A stretch of 63,801 bases of DNA, filler included, from Reclinomonas americana ATCC 50394 (Eukaryota): assembly GCA_048213135.1 (NCBI GenBank). It is 7 parts of 5 records of this genome, joined end to end, with 100 filler letters (N's around TTAATTAATTAA, not from the genome) between each part and the next. Parts side by side here need not be neighbours in the genome. Positions count along the whole stretch, not along the records: positions 1 to 24,735 come from PS015456.1; 6 more parts are not named here. One strand, written 5' to 3'. Of the stretch, positions 1 to 14,324 are shown piece after piece (within the stretch, counting starts at the first letter, position 1; each line of letters begins with the position of its first letter). The notes beneath the pieces are model-generated. The model worked only from the letters and a program-made list of their open reading frames with translations, was not told the origin of the DNA and ran no database searches. Made by a program: the position numbers and the translations under genes.

Positions 1-569
1 CACCGCAGCCACGCCCGCAGGATCGATCTGCAGCTCGGTGAACATGCGCCACATGACAGTGCGGAAGAACAGTGCATCGCCGCGAACGATCACAGTCGTC
101 GGCAGTGCCACTGTGTCGCCGACAATCTTTGCTGCTCTGCAAGTTCACACAGTCAATCACTGATACTCTTTGTCTCTCTCTCTCTCTCTCCTTCTCTCTC
201 CCATGCATTCACCTGCGTGTGAGTGCCGCCTTGTCTGCACTCTGCTCTGGTTCCGCGAGCAGTGCGTGCATGGCGGACTGCACACGTGGAGACTCGACAA
301 TGTCGTGCACATAGTCGCGCAGAGATCGTGTGCGTGGGGCGCGGAGAAAGTCGCTGCTTCTGTGGGGGCGGTGAGTCAATAGTAAGGACCTCGTGAGCGG
401 TGCTGCCCGTGTGTGTGTTGTGCGCGCGCGCTCGCAACTGCATCAGTGTGGCCACCCAGTGGAGAGTGGGGAACCATCGTTGGCGGAGATTGCGCAGGGT
501 CGCGGTGAAGGGACACACGCACACGACGAGCAGAGAGGCGATGAGGGCAAGCAGCAACCACGCCCACAT
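1..569 (-). CDS. Partial (5' end) glycerol-3-phosphate/dihydroxyacetone-phosphate acyltransferase (GNPAT/GPAT, PlsB-like), 3 exons visible
   Basis: ATG at 569 with a hydrophobic N-terminus. Spliced product ...IVESPRVQSAMHALLAEPEQSADKAALTRRAAKIVGDTVALPTTVIVRGDALFFRTVMWRMFTELQIDPAGVAAV resembles the segment preceding the acyltransferase HxxxxD motif of DHAPAT/GPAT. The catalytic motif lies outside the window. Confidence 0.55.
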
Positions 570-696
570 CGTGGATGCAAGGAGGAAGCGATGAATGGAC
601 AGTCGGAGTACGTAGTCGCGAGATGATTCATTCACAGAGAGCTCACCAACAACGCACACACGCGCGCGCACGCATACACACCACGTTCGTGAACTA

Positions 697-3600
697 TTAC
701 TCATCTTCCGGTGGTGGGGGTGGCGGTGGCGGAGGTTGTTGCTCGTCATCTTGGTACGGTGGATCACCGAGCTCGCCGCGATCGAAGCGATCCACCGGCC
801 AGTACGTGGTGATGAGCATGCGACTCATGTATCGACGACCACACAGGTTCGTCTGTGCGCGTTGTGCATCCTGCTCGTTCGCGAACCGAATATACACCTG
901 TGCAGAGGAAGTCAGTCGAGGTAGTCGACAAGTCGCTCTCTTCCATTCCCTCGCCAAACCTTGCCAAGACCGGGAACTTCGGGCTCCGATCGGTAGCCGT
1001 CGCGCATGCGCTTAATCTGCTGCTCTCGCATGCGCTTCTGCTGTCGGATCTGCTCCAGCGCCTGTGCGACAATGGGATTGTCGCGGCGCCCAACAGGCAT
1101 GGGGAAGTCGTCCTCCGGCTCCTCGTCCTCCTGCGGGCGACCACCTCGCATCTCTTCCTCCCGTCGCTTTCGTTCCTCTCTGCGCGTGGCACCAATACAC
1201 ACAGGATGTAAGAGACGAGTGGAGAATCGGTACGCGACAAACGAGAAGGGCGTAACTGTTCCGCGCGGAAACGCTCCACTTCATCGTCGGATGGCGGCTT
1301 CGGCACCACCACATCCAACACTGAGCCAAAACGCGAGGCCTCGTCCCGAATGTCCTCCACCACACTCAGACGGAACTCCTCGTCCTTCAAGTCGGTGACA
1401 TTGACTGCATTCAGCAGCACCAACACTGGAGTCGGCTGCAGTGCATTGGCTGCGGCGGGGAAGGGGAAACTTCATCAATCAACTGCACCTCCACACCACC
1501 ACTGCCAAAACGCGGACACGGTAGCACTCACCAATGTTGCCCGACAGCGACGAAATGACCACCTGCACCGGCTGCTGCATGTTCAAGAAATCTGCACAAG
1601 CCGCGCAAGACGTGTTGTCAGCAGCGTGTCAATCAACAAAATGTCGAGCGTAGCACGACACGCAACGTTCCGCCTTGATATCTTCGGGGTGGCTGCCGAA
1701 AGCACCAGGGGCTCCCACCACAGCACCACCGAGCGGCATCAAGCCAGAGGCGGCGGCATTCTGCGATCACGACGACGGTCAGGCAGGAGGAGAAAGTCAA
1801 GAGAGACTTGACATGGAAAGAGCGTACCCGCAGTCCACTCTGTGCCCGCTGCACCTGGAGCGTCTTGCCACCGAGCTGCACACCATTCAGCTGACTGCAC
1901 ACCACCTCCGTCAACGACTCGTCGACGAACTCGCAGAATGCGTAGCCCTGCACACCGGGTGAGAATGAACAAAGGAAAGAAACAGGGGGGTTGTGGTGCA
2001 CTGCGCACCTTGGAGTTGCCGGTGGCCATATCGCGGCACAGATTGAAACCCTTGAGCGGTCCAAATGTCTGCAGCAATGTCCGCAACTCGTCGTCATTGA
2101 TGCTAGACGCCAGCTGGCCAATAAAGATCTTGTTCGGCGTGTCGGGCACATTGGTGCTGATCACACCGGGGATGTAGGGCACACTCTGCACGTGCCATGA
2201 GAGTTCAATTCTCAGTACATGCGCAGCAACAATGAACACTTGAGAGCATCCGTGACGTACCACACCGCCGCCTTCTGTGATGCCTGGAATCGGCTTGAAA
2301 TTGTTTGGTCGTCGCACCTTCAGCTGCGTGCCCTGCAAGCGCATCAACCCACACATGTCAGCAAAACACACTTCTTCGTCTAGATCAGCAGGCCAACCAC
2401 AGCAGACCTCATAGTGAATGCCGTCCAGAGCCAGCGCCGCAGTGCAATCGTAGGGATCGGCAAACTCCACGAAAGCAAACGACTTGTCGGCCACCACCTG
2501 GGCGGCCACAATCGGCTGGTCGACTCGGCGCGGAACATTCTGGCTCACCATCTGCGCATTGAAAAACAGCACCAGCTCCTCCTACAAATGGTGACACGAT
2601 AACACACTATTAGGCGGCGGCGACGATGTGATGAAGGAGAATGAAAGAGAGATGCCGTGACGCAACTGGTGTAGTGTACGGAGCAATACCGCCAACATAC
2701 AACCGCTTCGCTTGCCTCATCGTGGCCTCGTCGACACCCGGCGGCAGATTCATGGCCGACGCGGCAACTTGGGCGGCCAGCACTGCACAGAACACGAGAA
2801 GTGAACTTCACAGCCACGGCAACGACAGATAAGAGACACGCAACAGTGCGTCTTGTTGAATCCCATGCCCGGCAGCGGTCCGGAGCTGAATCCAGTTGGT
2901 CGGCCAGCACCGAAACCGGCAGACGGCGCTGTGTCCCACAAACTGCGACGATTGGCACTGCAACAAACAAGAGAAAACACACAGTTGTCAGCTTCGAGCT
3001 GGACACCGGAATGGAGACGCGCAGACACACACACACCGCTTGCGCGCAGGAGAGTCGCCACCCGACGGCGATGCACGGCGGCCTGCTCGATCGCGATCTC
3101 TGTTCATCAACGACAGATGAGCGTGACTGCAAAAAAAAACACACGCAACACACTCATGCACGCAACGGCGACGGGCTGCGGTGCCGACGCTCGCGTCCAC
3201 GATCCCGATCACCACGATCTCTGTCGCGGTCGCGGTCACGGTCGCGATCCCTGTCCCTGTAATCGCGATCCCTATCACGGTCGCGGTCCCGGTCGCGGCT
3301 ACTGCCATGGCGATCGCGATCGCGGTCTCGATCACGGTCCCGATCGCGACTGCGATCTCCACCTCTGCTGCTGCTGCCACTGCTGTACCGCGAGTCCTCG
3401 CGATGCCCACCATAGCCATCATCTGCACAGGCGCACAACGGCAGTGAGTGCTGTGCGAAAAAGACAAGGTTCGGGCACATATTGCAATCGCCGACCTCGA
3501 CCCGATCGGTATGATCCACGATCGTCGCCACCCGCACCTCCATGGTAGGCTGGCGGTGGCGGTGCTGGTCCCTCAAACTGTGGTGCACCTCCATCGTACT

Positions 3601-4194
3601 GCTGCGGAGGAGGAGCAGCGTACCCCTGTGCGTGTGTGCGCGTGTGAGTGTAAGGAGTGGAAATGACGCACTCGCACGCCCGTGGAGACGCAACAGGGTC
3701 GTAGTATCCACTGCCGGGTGGCGGTGCATGTGGGCCCTCGGCGGCGTGTGCATACGGGTCGCCCGACGACGACGGAGGCGGGGCTGGTGGCCCCTCATAG
3801 TACTGCACAATGGAGTGAGTGATGGAGAATATGATTGAGCTGTCACCTCTCTATATCTCTCTCCGCGACAATGCAGTGAATTGTGTGTGTGTGAGAGAGA
3901 GAGGGGGAGGAGAGGGCACGCAGAGGAACAAGGCGGCAACATTGACCTGGCCATCACACACACACACACACACAGACAGACAGGCAGACGCCCCGCCAGC
4001 TGCTTCCTCTCCGACGACACCACACCATGCACATGCACACACGCCACCACCACAACCACCACACGCTCTTCTTCCTTCAGACACACAGAGACACGCACAC
4101 AAGATGGAGACAATGCAATCACATATCCCTCCCCGCTGCATTGCCAACTCATTCCCATCACCACATACGGGCAGAGCACCTGCTGGTAAGACAT
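697..4194 (-). CDS. U2AF2: Splicing factor U2AF large subunit (U2AF65), ~16 exons
   Basis: Spliced product has an R/D-rich region, ULM-like RRSLWD, RRM1 (RQAKRLYVGGI...KSFAFVEF...ALALDGIHYEGTQLKVRRP), RRM2 (VPDTPNKIFIGQL...[26 protein letters not shown]) and UHM/RRM3 (VEDIRDEASRFGSV...VPGLGKVYIRF...LCGRRY). All introns can be drawn GT-AG in frame. Confidence 0.95.
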
Positions 4195-4294
4195 TCGTGT
4201 TTCGTAAACGAGCGGGAGGGAAAGAAGGAGGAGCGCTAGCGAAGGAGGTGAGTCAGCGTTTGTCCACGTGCCACCCTCGCACAAACACGCACAG
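4195..4294. promoter_or_regulatory. Very short head-to-head (bidirectional) intergenic region with a probable 5'UTR intron
   Basis: ATGs at 4194 (-) and 4295 (+) are 100 bp apart. G|GTGAGT at 4248 and CACAG at 4290-4294, directly before the + strand ATG, define a 47-nt GT-AG intron. Confidence 0.45.
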
Positions 4295-7200
4295 ATGGTT
4301 GAGTTCCGAAGCGCCGCCGACGCACAAACATACGTGTTACTGCGCGCGGGAGTCGGCATCCGATTCGTCGTCTACGAGGTAAACAAGAAGAAGAAGAAAA
4401 AACAAGGAGGAAGAGATCGCTGTATGTTTTTTTCCGGACGCACTCATGATTTCATTGTGTGAAGGCCGTGCTGGCGACGAGAGACGACGAGCGATCACCG
4501 CTACAGTTGCGCCACGTACACAGTGAGCGATCAAATGCGGCGAGCAAGGCCGGTGGCGATGATAATGAGCTGTTTTCGGCCATGCGACAGTGGATGAGCG
4601 ATGAGCAGGTTCGAGAGAGAGAGAGAGTCGATCGATCGTTCATCACTGTCGTTTTTCTTTGAACACGCAAAACACACACAGGCGTTGTTCGTGGCGGTGC
4701 GAATGGCGTTGCTGGATCGCGGTGGTGTGCGGGCCAAGTACGGTTTGTCGCTGGTTGGTTGTTGGTCTGTCATCACTCTCGGTCGCTCATTCTTCTCTTC
4801 ACCGTTGCAGTGGTGATCTCATGGATCGGATCGCAAGTCGCATCCGCGGTGCGCGATGCGGTGAGGCATCATCGCAGCGGTGGCGTTGCGCAGCTGCTGT
4901 ATGGAGCGCATGTGAGCTTTGAGGTCAACGAGCTGTGTGAAATCAGCAGCGAAGGTTTCGTCGCCTTCTCACTGCACACTCGCGGCCTCCCTGCCTCGTC
5001 ACTTACACACACGAGGTGTAGACATTACGCGTCGGTTGCTGGAGAACTCGGCCGCAGGGTCGCCGTTGGTGAGCGGATCGCGGTCGCCAGTCGTTCCTCG
5101 GTCGCCTGTGCCGGTGCCGGTGCGAGGCACGGTGACTGTGCGTGCGAATTCACCGTTCCGTCGCACACGTGTGTCGCTCGAGAGGCCGCCGTCGGCCACC
5201 GTTCGCAGCACCATCTCACAGCACGATCGCGACAGCGCAGCAGGCAGACGCCGACCAGCGGTGCGTGTGTGTGTTTTCTTCCGATTTGCAACACAGCTCG
5301 TGGATCTCACAGTGTGTGCTGCTTGCTGCTGCTGCTGTTACGTAGTCTGCCGTCAACCCCAGGCGCGACTTTCAGCCTGTCACGTTTGACTTGAGTCAAG
5401 TTGCGTGCGCGCGTGTACCCAGTATCCGGCGAGGGGTCTCATTGTGCTTTCGGTGGTGCGCGTCAGGCAAGCACGTGCGACTCGGAGGTCGCTTCGCAAG
5501 AGTCGCGCGATCTCGACGAGGACGAGTACGTGATGGTGGACGGCGACGATGACCCCAGGCCTGCCGTGTCGGTGCGTGGAGGGACGCGCGACGCGCAGCC
5601 AGTGGCTGGACTTGCACTAGCCGCATCGCATACGGTGAGTCTTTGTGTCACCCGAGTGGATACTCGCTGATTCACACCATGTTGCAACACAGCAGAGGAA
5701 ACTGGTGGAATCAGAAGCAGTTTCGTCGTGCTACAAGCAGCTCTAATTGTTGTGCCACTCAATAGTCGTCTCGTGCTTACAGACTGCGGTACTTCTGGCC
5801 GGTGTCGGCAGTAATCACGTCGACGTTGCGTTTTTCTCTCGCACAGCGTCGCTGTGTTTGCTTAGCACTCACTACTCCTCGATTTGTGTGCGACGCAGTC
5901 ACCGCGCCTGTTCGGTCAAAGCCCCCCACCACTGCCGGTTGCCATGGCCAACGGTGCCTCGACGAATCACATCACACCACCAACGCCGCCGCTTGCCGAT
6001 GCCTTTGTGGACTCGGAGCCACCGACCGTGCAGCTGCCGGCAGTCACTGACGACATTGACGATCGGCGACCGGCGACACCTCCAAAGAGCGTGGCAGTCG
6101 TCGCAGTTGCCGCTGATGACGCGGTGGTGACAATGGAGCTCGAGGCCAGCGATTCGGTCGCAGCGGCACCGATCGCCATGACTCCTCAACCTCCCATGTC
6201 GCCCAAACCATCGCGGCTACCACCACGGCCAGTGCGGTCGCCAACAGCGGTGTCAGCTTCGGCGGAGGATGCTGCGACCATGACTGCAGCGGAAACAGCG
6301 CCACCACCAGTATCACCACGAAAACCGACTTCGTCACCTCGACACCTCACACAAAAGCACGTGACCACCACTGCTTCGGCGCCACCACCACCACCACCAC
6401 CGGCACCACCAGTACAGCAGCAGCAGCACGAGCAGCAGCAGCAGCAGCAACAACAACAACAACAAGATCACCTACAGGACCAGGAGCAAGATCAACAACA
6501 GTGCTCGCAAGTGGAGGAAGAGCAAGTTGTGATGTCGAATTCCGTGAGCGAGGAGGGGGCGAAAGAGGCCGAGCTGGTCGCCTTCCCACCGACGCTGATG
6601 ATCACGCCAGAGGCCGAGATCGACGCCGTGGCGCCGCTGGCGATCGGACTGATTGGACGTGTTGTCGGCGATGCGTTGGGCGTGATCAGTGCGGCTCCGC
6701 CGACAGAGGTCGCACCGGTCGCTGCAGCCGTTGCCGTTGTTGCACCAGCGACTCCCGTCGTGGAGACACGCTCGTCGCCACCTTCGACTCGGCGCGTGCG
6801 CTTCAGCGACGAAGCGCACCCCAGTGTCCAGGCGCGCCCTCGCGACGACGACAGTGATTTGCTCTGCGGCATCTCATTGGTGTCACGTGTCATTGCCGGC
6901 GCGGTTGAGACGACCGCATTGGCAGAAGCGCCTGCCCCGGTGCCGGTTAGCGGCAGTGGCATGCTGGTGTCGCGCATTCTTGCCGGTGCAGTGGAGAGCG
7001 TGGCACATGACACAGCGGCGCCTGCCCACCCGCAAGGCGATCAAGCATCGACACCTCCGCCGGTAAAGGTTCGCGCCGACGACATTAGCTTTGTGGTCTC
7101 TCGATTGGTGACCAGCACGGTGGCGAAGAGCATGGCCGCTGTCGAGGTCGCTGTGCCCGTGCCCGTACCATCCAGTCCGTCAACACCACCACCACCACCA

Positions 7201-7426
7201 GCAGCAGTAGCAGCAGCACCCAAATATGCCTCGCCCCAGCCGGCACTCGCGTCTCCAACAGCCACCAAGAGACCAGTGCATGCCGGAGAGTGGAAGGTTT
7301 GTTTTTCCGACTCCCTTATTCTTCTTCTAATATATTCGCTCACGGACCGGCTGCATGCAGAATTACCGCTGGACTTGCTGTGGTGGCTTTATCCAGAATT
7401 CTACGACATGCTTAGCCTCGCAATGA
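4295..7426 (+). CDS. ADF-H (coactosin/cofilin-like) domain protein with a long Pro/Ala/Gln-rich region and a C-terminal Btk-type zinc-finger-like motif
   Basis: Spliced exons give MSDEQALFVAVRM...RAKYVVISWIGSQVASAVRDAVRHHRSGGVAQLLYGAHVSFEVNELCEISSEDITRRLL (ADF-H pattern), a large low-complexity exon ~5900-7296, and terminal PVHAGEWK|NYRWTCCGGFIQNSTTCLASQ* (H-W-WxCC-C). Confidence 0.65.
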
Positions 7427-7510
7427 ACATTAATATGATCGATGGTCGTGAAACCAATTTGCATGCAATTTGAGGGGTTTGCCACACATCACACTCTCTT
7501 CGTTGTGAGG

Positions 7511-10784
<3,274 letters not shown>

Positions 10785-10982
10785 GCACTGCCAGTGAAAT
10801 GCAGCAGTAGATTCAGCGAATCCTCCTCGAGTCCTACACGAGACCTGCCGACTTGGCCGCCTGCAGCACGTGTCTTCGCGTCTCCTCCCACTCGCGGAAT
10901 GGTGCACTCGTCTGGAAGCGACGCAACGAGTCAGTCGCCAGCCTGCAGTCATACGGCAGTTTGATTCAGTGAAATTAGGCAG

Positions 10983-13307
10983 TCACACAGCATTTGTGAC
11001 ACCAAGACGAAACAGTCGCGCCACGGAGCGAGCCGCTGCAGAGAACGGCGTGACAATGTCTTCGGCCAGGATGCTACTGGCCGCGGCCGAACGGACACTC
11101 GTCGAATCCGGCATACCCTTGACTGGGTCGACAGACACGCGCAGCCACACCTCGGTCGATGCGGAAGAGGTGCGCAGTTTCGTCAAATCGAGAACGACTC
11201 GCCCCGGGAGGTTCAGCTGCGAGAGGTGCGGTGAGAGTGGAGTCTTGCCGCGCACGTACACGAGGCGGAGCGGATGCACCTCAAATGGCGCCCCCTCGAC
11301 AAAGAAATCCATGTACAGCGACTCGCCAGCATCCTGCAGATGACGCGCTGCATGGTTGCTGTTGTGGTGCCACTGCTCCTGGTGCAAGTAGCGACGTGCC
11401 ATGGTGACGTAGTCGTGCAGTCGCAGTAGGAAGAGTAGGTTCTCCGAGCTGTACTCGCGGACGGTCGCTCTGCTCGTGATGGTCAGTCGACACAGTCGGT
11501 GACGAAGATGCACGATCGCACACAACTGCCGAAAAAGTTCTCGGAGCTCGAGGTTGTCGAGAACATCGTGGAGGGATGAGCCTGGCAGCAGTGACTGCCT
11601 CGACGTGTAAGCATTCACACACGTGCGCGCGTACAGGCACGAGACGCAACGTGAGTAATCTCTTCTTCCGACTCTTTCGCACCGGCGTCAAATGGTTCGC
11701 GCCACGGCCACGATGTCACCGTGGCCAGCAGCATGCCAATGGCCAGCAGCTGTGGCGAGAGGAAATAGAAGACCACAAGGCCGTGCTTCTCCGAGGAAAG
11801 CGACAATGCCAGCACCGTCACGTGCACGGGTATGAGCACGCTGTGGTCGCCCGACAAATGAGTGACAGAACAGCTGGCTGCGAGATCGCTAAAACACAGC
11901 CGAACCACAACAGAAAGCCCTGCTTGATGCGATACTCGGTGGCCACCTGTCGCCACACACGCACACACACAGCCATTGTCAGCATTCCGCAGTTGGCCCC
12001 CACCACTCAGACAGCAGAGGAGTGCGAACCCTCAGCACGNNNNNNNNNNNNNNNNNNNNNNNNNNNNNNNNNNNNNNNNNNNNNNNNNNNNNNNNNNNNN
12101 NNNNNNNNNNNNNNNNNNNNNNNNNNNNNNNNNNNNNNNNNNNNNNNNNNNNNNNNNNNNNNNNNNNNNNNNNNNNNNNNNNNNNNNNNNNNNNNNNNNN
12201 NNNNNNNNNNNNNNNNNNNNNNNNNNNNNNNNNNNNNNNNNNNNNNNNNNNNNNNNNNNNNNNNNNNNNNNNNNNNNNNNNNNNNNNNNNNNNNNNNNNN
12301 NNNNNNNNNNNNNNNNNNNNNNNNNNNNNNNNNNNNNNNNNNNNNNNNNNNNNNNNNNNNNNNNNNNNNNNNNNNNNNNNNNNNNNNNNNNNNNNNNNNN
12401 NNNNNNNNNNNNNNNNNNNNNNNNNNNNNNNNNNNNNNNNNNNNNNNNNNNNNNNNNNNNNNNNNNNNNNNNNNNNNNNNNNNNNNNNNNNNNNNNNNNN
12501 NNNNNNNNNNNNNNNNNNNNNNNNNNNNNNNNNNNNNNNNNNNNNNNNNNNNNNNNNNNNNNNNNNNNNNNNNNNNNNNNNNNNNNNNNNNNNNNNNNNN
12601 NNNNNNNNNNNNNNNNNNNNNNNNNNNNNNNNNNNNNNNNNNNNNNNNNNNNNNNNNNNNNNNNNNNNNNNNNNNNNNTCGCGAATGGGCCACAGCTGAA
12701 TGAGGCTTCGCAGAAAAACAAAGAACAGAATCGTGTTGATGGCCAGCGTAAACCCGTAAACGATGCGATAGCCGAGCGCACACTGCCAGACATGCAAGGT
12801 GGCATGAGTACAGCAAAACGATCTCGATCCTCATCGACACGCGCCAACGCAACATCCTCTGGTACAAACTCAAAGGAGTCGACAACACTCGCCGTGCCCG
12901 GGTGCGGATGGGAGACCACCACCTGCGTTTCTCTCACGGTGAACCTCAACGATCGATCTCGCTCCGCGAGTGCCACCGATCACGCAACGATGATCGTGAC
13001 GACGGCGACAGCGAGGATGATCCCCAAGTAGATACGAGTGAGAACCGTCTCACGCATCAGGCGCTGCCAACGCGACTGTGGTCGCACAACTGCCTCGTCG
13101 CCACTGCCCTCGTCGGCCTTGAACATCGAGGCTCCATCGTCCTCCATTCGCTGCTGCTGCTGTTGCTGCTTGTCGGAGATCGCCTTGGACGACGCCGCGC
13201 TGGCCTTGGTGACGTTGAAGACCGCCAGCAAGCGGAACCCGCGCAGCATCGGGCCAGTGACTTGAATGGAGAAGAAGCACAGGAAGAGCGGGTACAGCAG
13301 CGTCTGC
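10983..13307 (-). CDS. 7TM-RGS protein (membrane segments plus C-terminal RGS domain); 5' end lost in gap
   Basis: RGS motifs LHDVLDNLELRELFRQATVREYSSENLLFL...LYMDFFVEGAPFE|LNLP. At least five upstream hydrophobic helices (LLYPLFLCFFSIQ, IYLGIILAVAVVTIIVA, IVYGFTLAINTILFFVFL, FLLWFGCVLAI, VVFYFLSPQLLAIGMLL). Confidence 0.75.
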
Positions 13308-13658
13308 NNNNNNNNNNNNNNNNNNNNNNNNNNNNNNNNNNNNNNNNNNNNNNNNNNNNNNNNNNNNNNNNNNNNNNNNNNNNNNNNNNNNNNNNNNNNN
13401 NNNNNNNNNNNNNNNNNNNNNNNNNNNNNNNNNNNNNNNNNNNNNNNNNNNNNNNNNNNNNNNNNNNNNNNNNNNNNNNNNNNNNNNNNNNNNNNNNNNN
13501 NNNNNNNNNNNNNNNNNNNNNNNNNNNNNNNNNNNNNNNNNNNNNNNNNNNNNNNNNNNNNNNNNNNNNNNNNNNNNNNNNNNNNNNNNNNNNNNNNNNN
13601 NNNNNNNNNNNNNNNNNNNNNNNNNNNNNNNNNNNNNNNNNNNCGTGTTTCCTTGCAG

Positions 13659-14010
13659 ATCCACCATGCTTCCAAAGGCCCGCGCGTCGCGCCTGACCTA
13701 CTCGTGGCTCGCCTTCCCTCAGTCAACCGACCAAGGCTACTTCCTCGTCAGCGGCATGTCGTCGCTCTCTGGCGACGGCTGCAACACTCATCCGTTTGGC
13801 CGCGAGTTTACCGGTGTGCCACACGCGGCGGTCTTTGCCCTCGGGTGGCAAGTGGCAACCGGCGACGGCAACAAGGGCCTCGACTACACGCTCTCGATTC
13901 AATCGCAGACAGCAGCAGCCATTGTGTGCGTGCTGACGGCACCAAGCGGCGGCGCCCTGCAGCAGATCGACTACTCGTGGGCGGCCCTCGGCTCCACCAA
14001 GACAGCATAG
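13659..14010 (+). CDS. Terminal exon of the 14325-17594 lectin gene, on a contig that appears inverted
   Basis: TTGCAG| acceptor then STMLPKARASRLTYSWLAFP...CNTHPF...ALGWQV...GLDYTL...QIDYSWAALG* aligns along its length with the last exon of the paralog (NDSRASRLAFSWFAFP...CNTHSF...SLGWQI...GLDFTL...QIDYQWAVFG*). Phase 2 matches the open donor at ~14324. Confidence 0.85.
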
Positions 14011-14148
14011 CCAATCATTCTCTTCTCTCTCTTCTCGTCGTTTTCATTCTTCGCTGTTTATCTTGCGTAACTGTTACGCAGTCCTTCCCCACGGCTGTAC
14101 TCGTGGGTGTATATGGCCTCTTCCTCTTGTTTTACCCTCCTCGTGCAC

Positions 14149-14192
<44 letters not shown>

Positions 14193-14324
14193 GTCTTGGT
14201 TTTTGTTGGCGACTTCCGAGGACATAAGTTTTGATCATTNNNNNNNNNNNNNNNNNNNNGGGCGTGAGGAAAGAGAAGAGTGGAACAGTGGCAGGATATA
14301 TACAGACACAAGAGGCACACGCAC

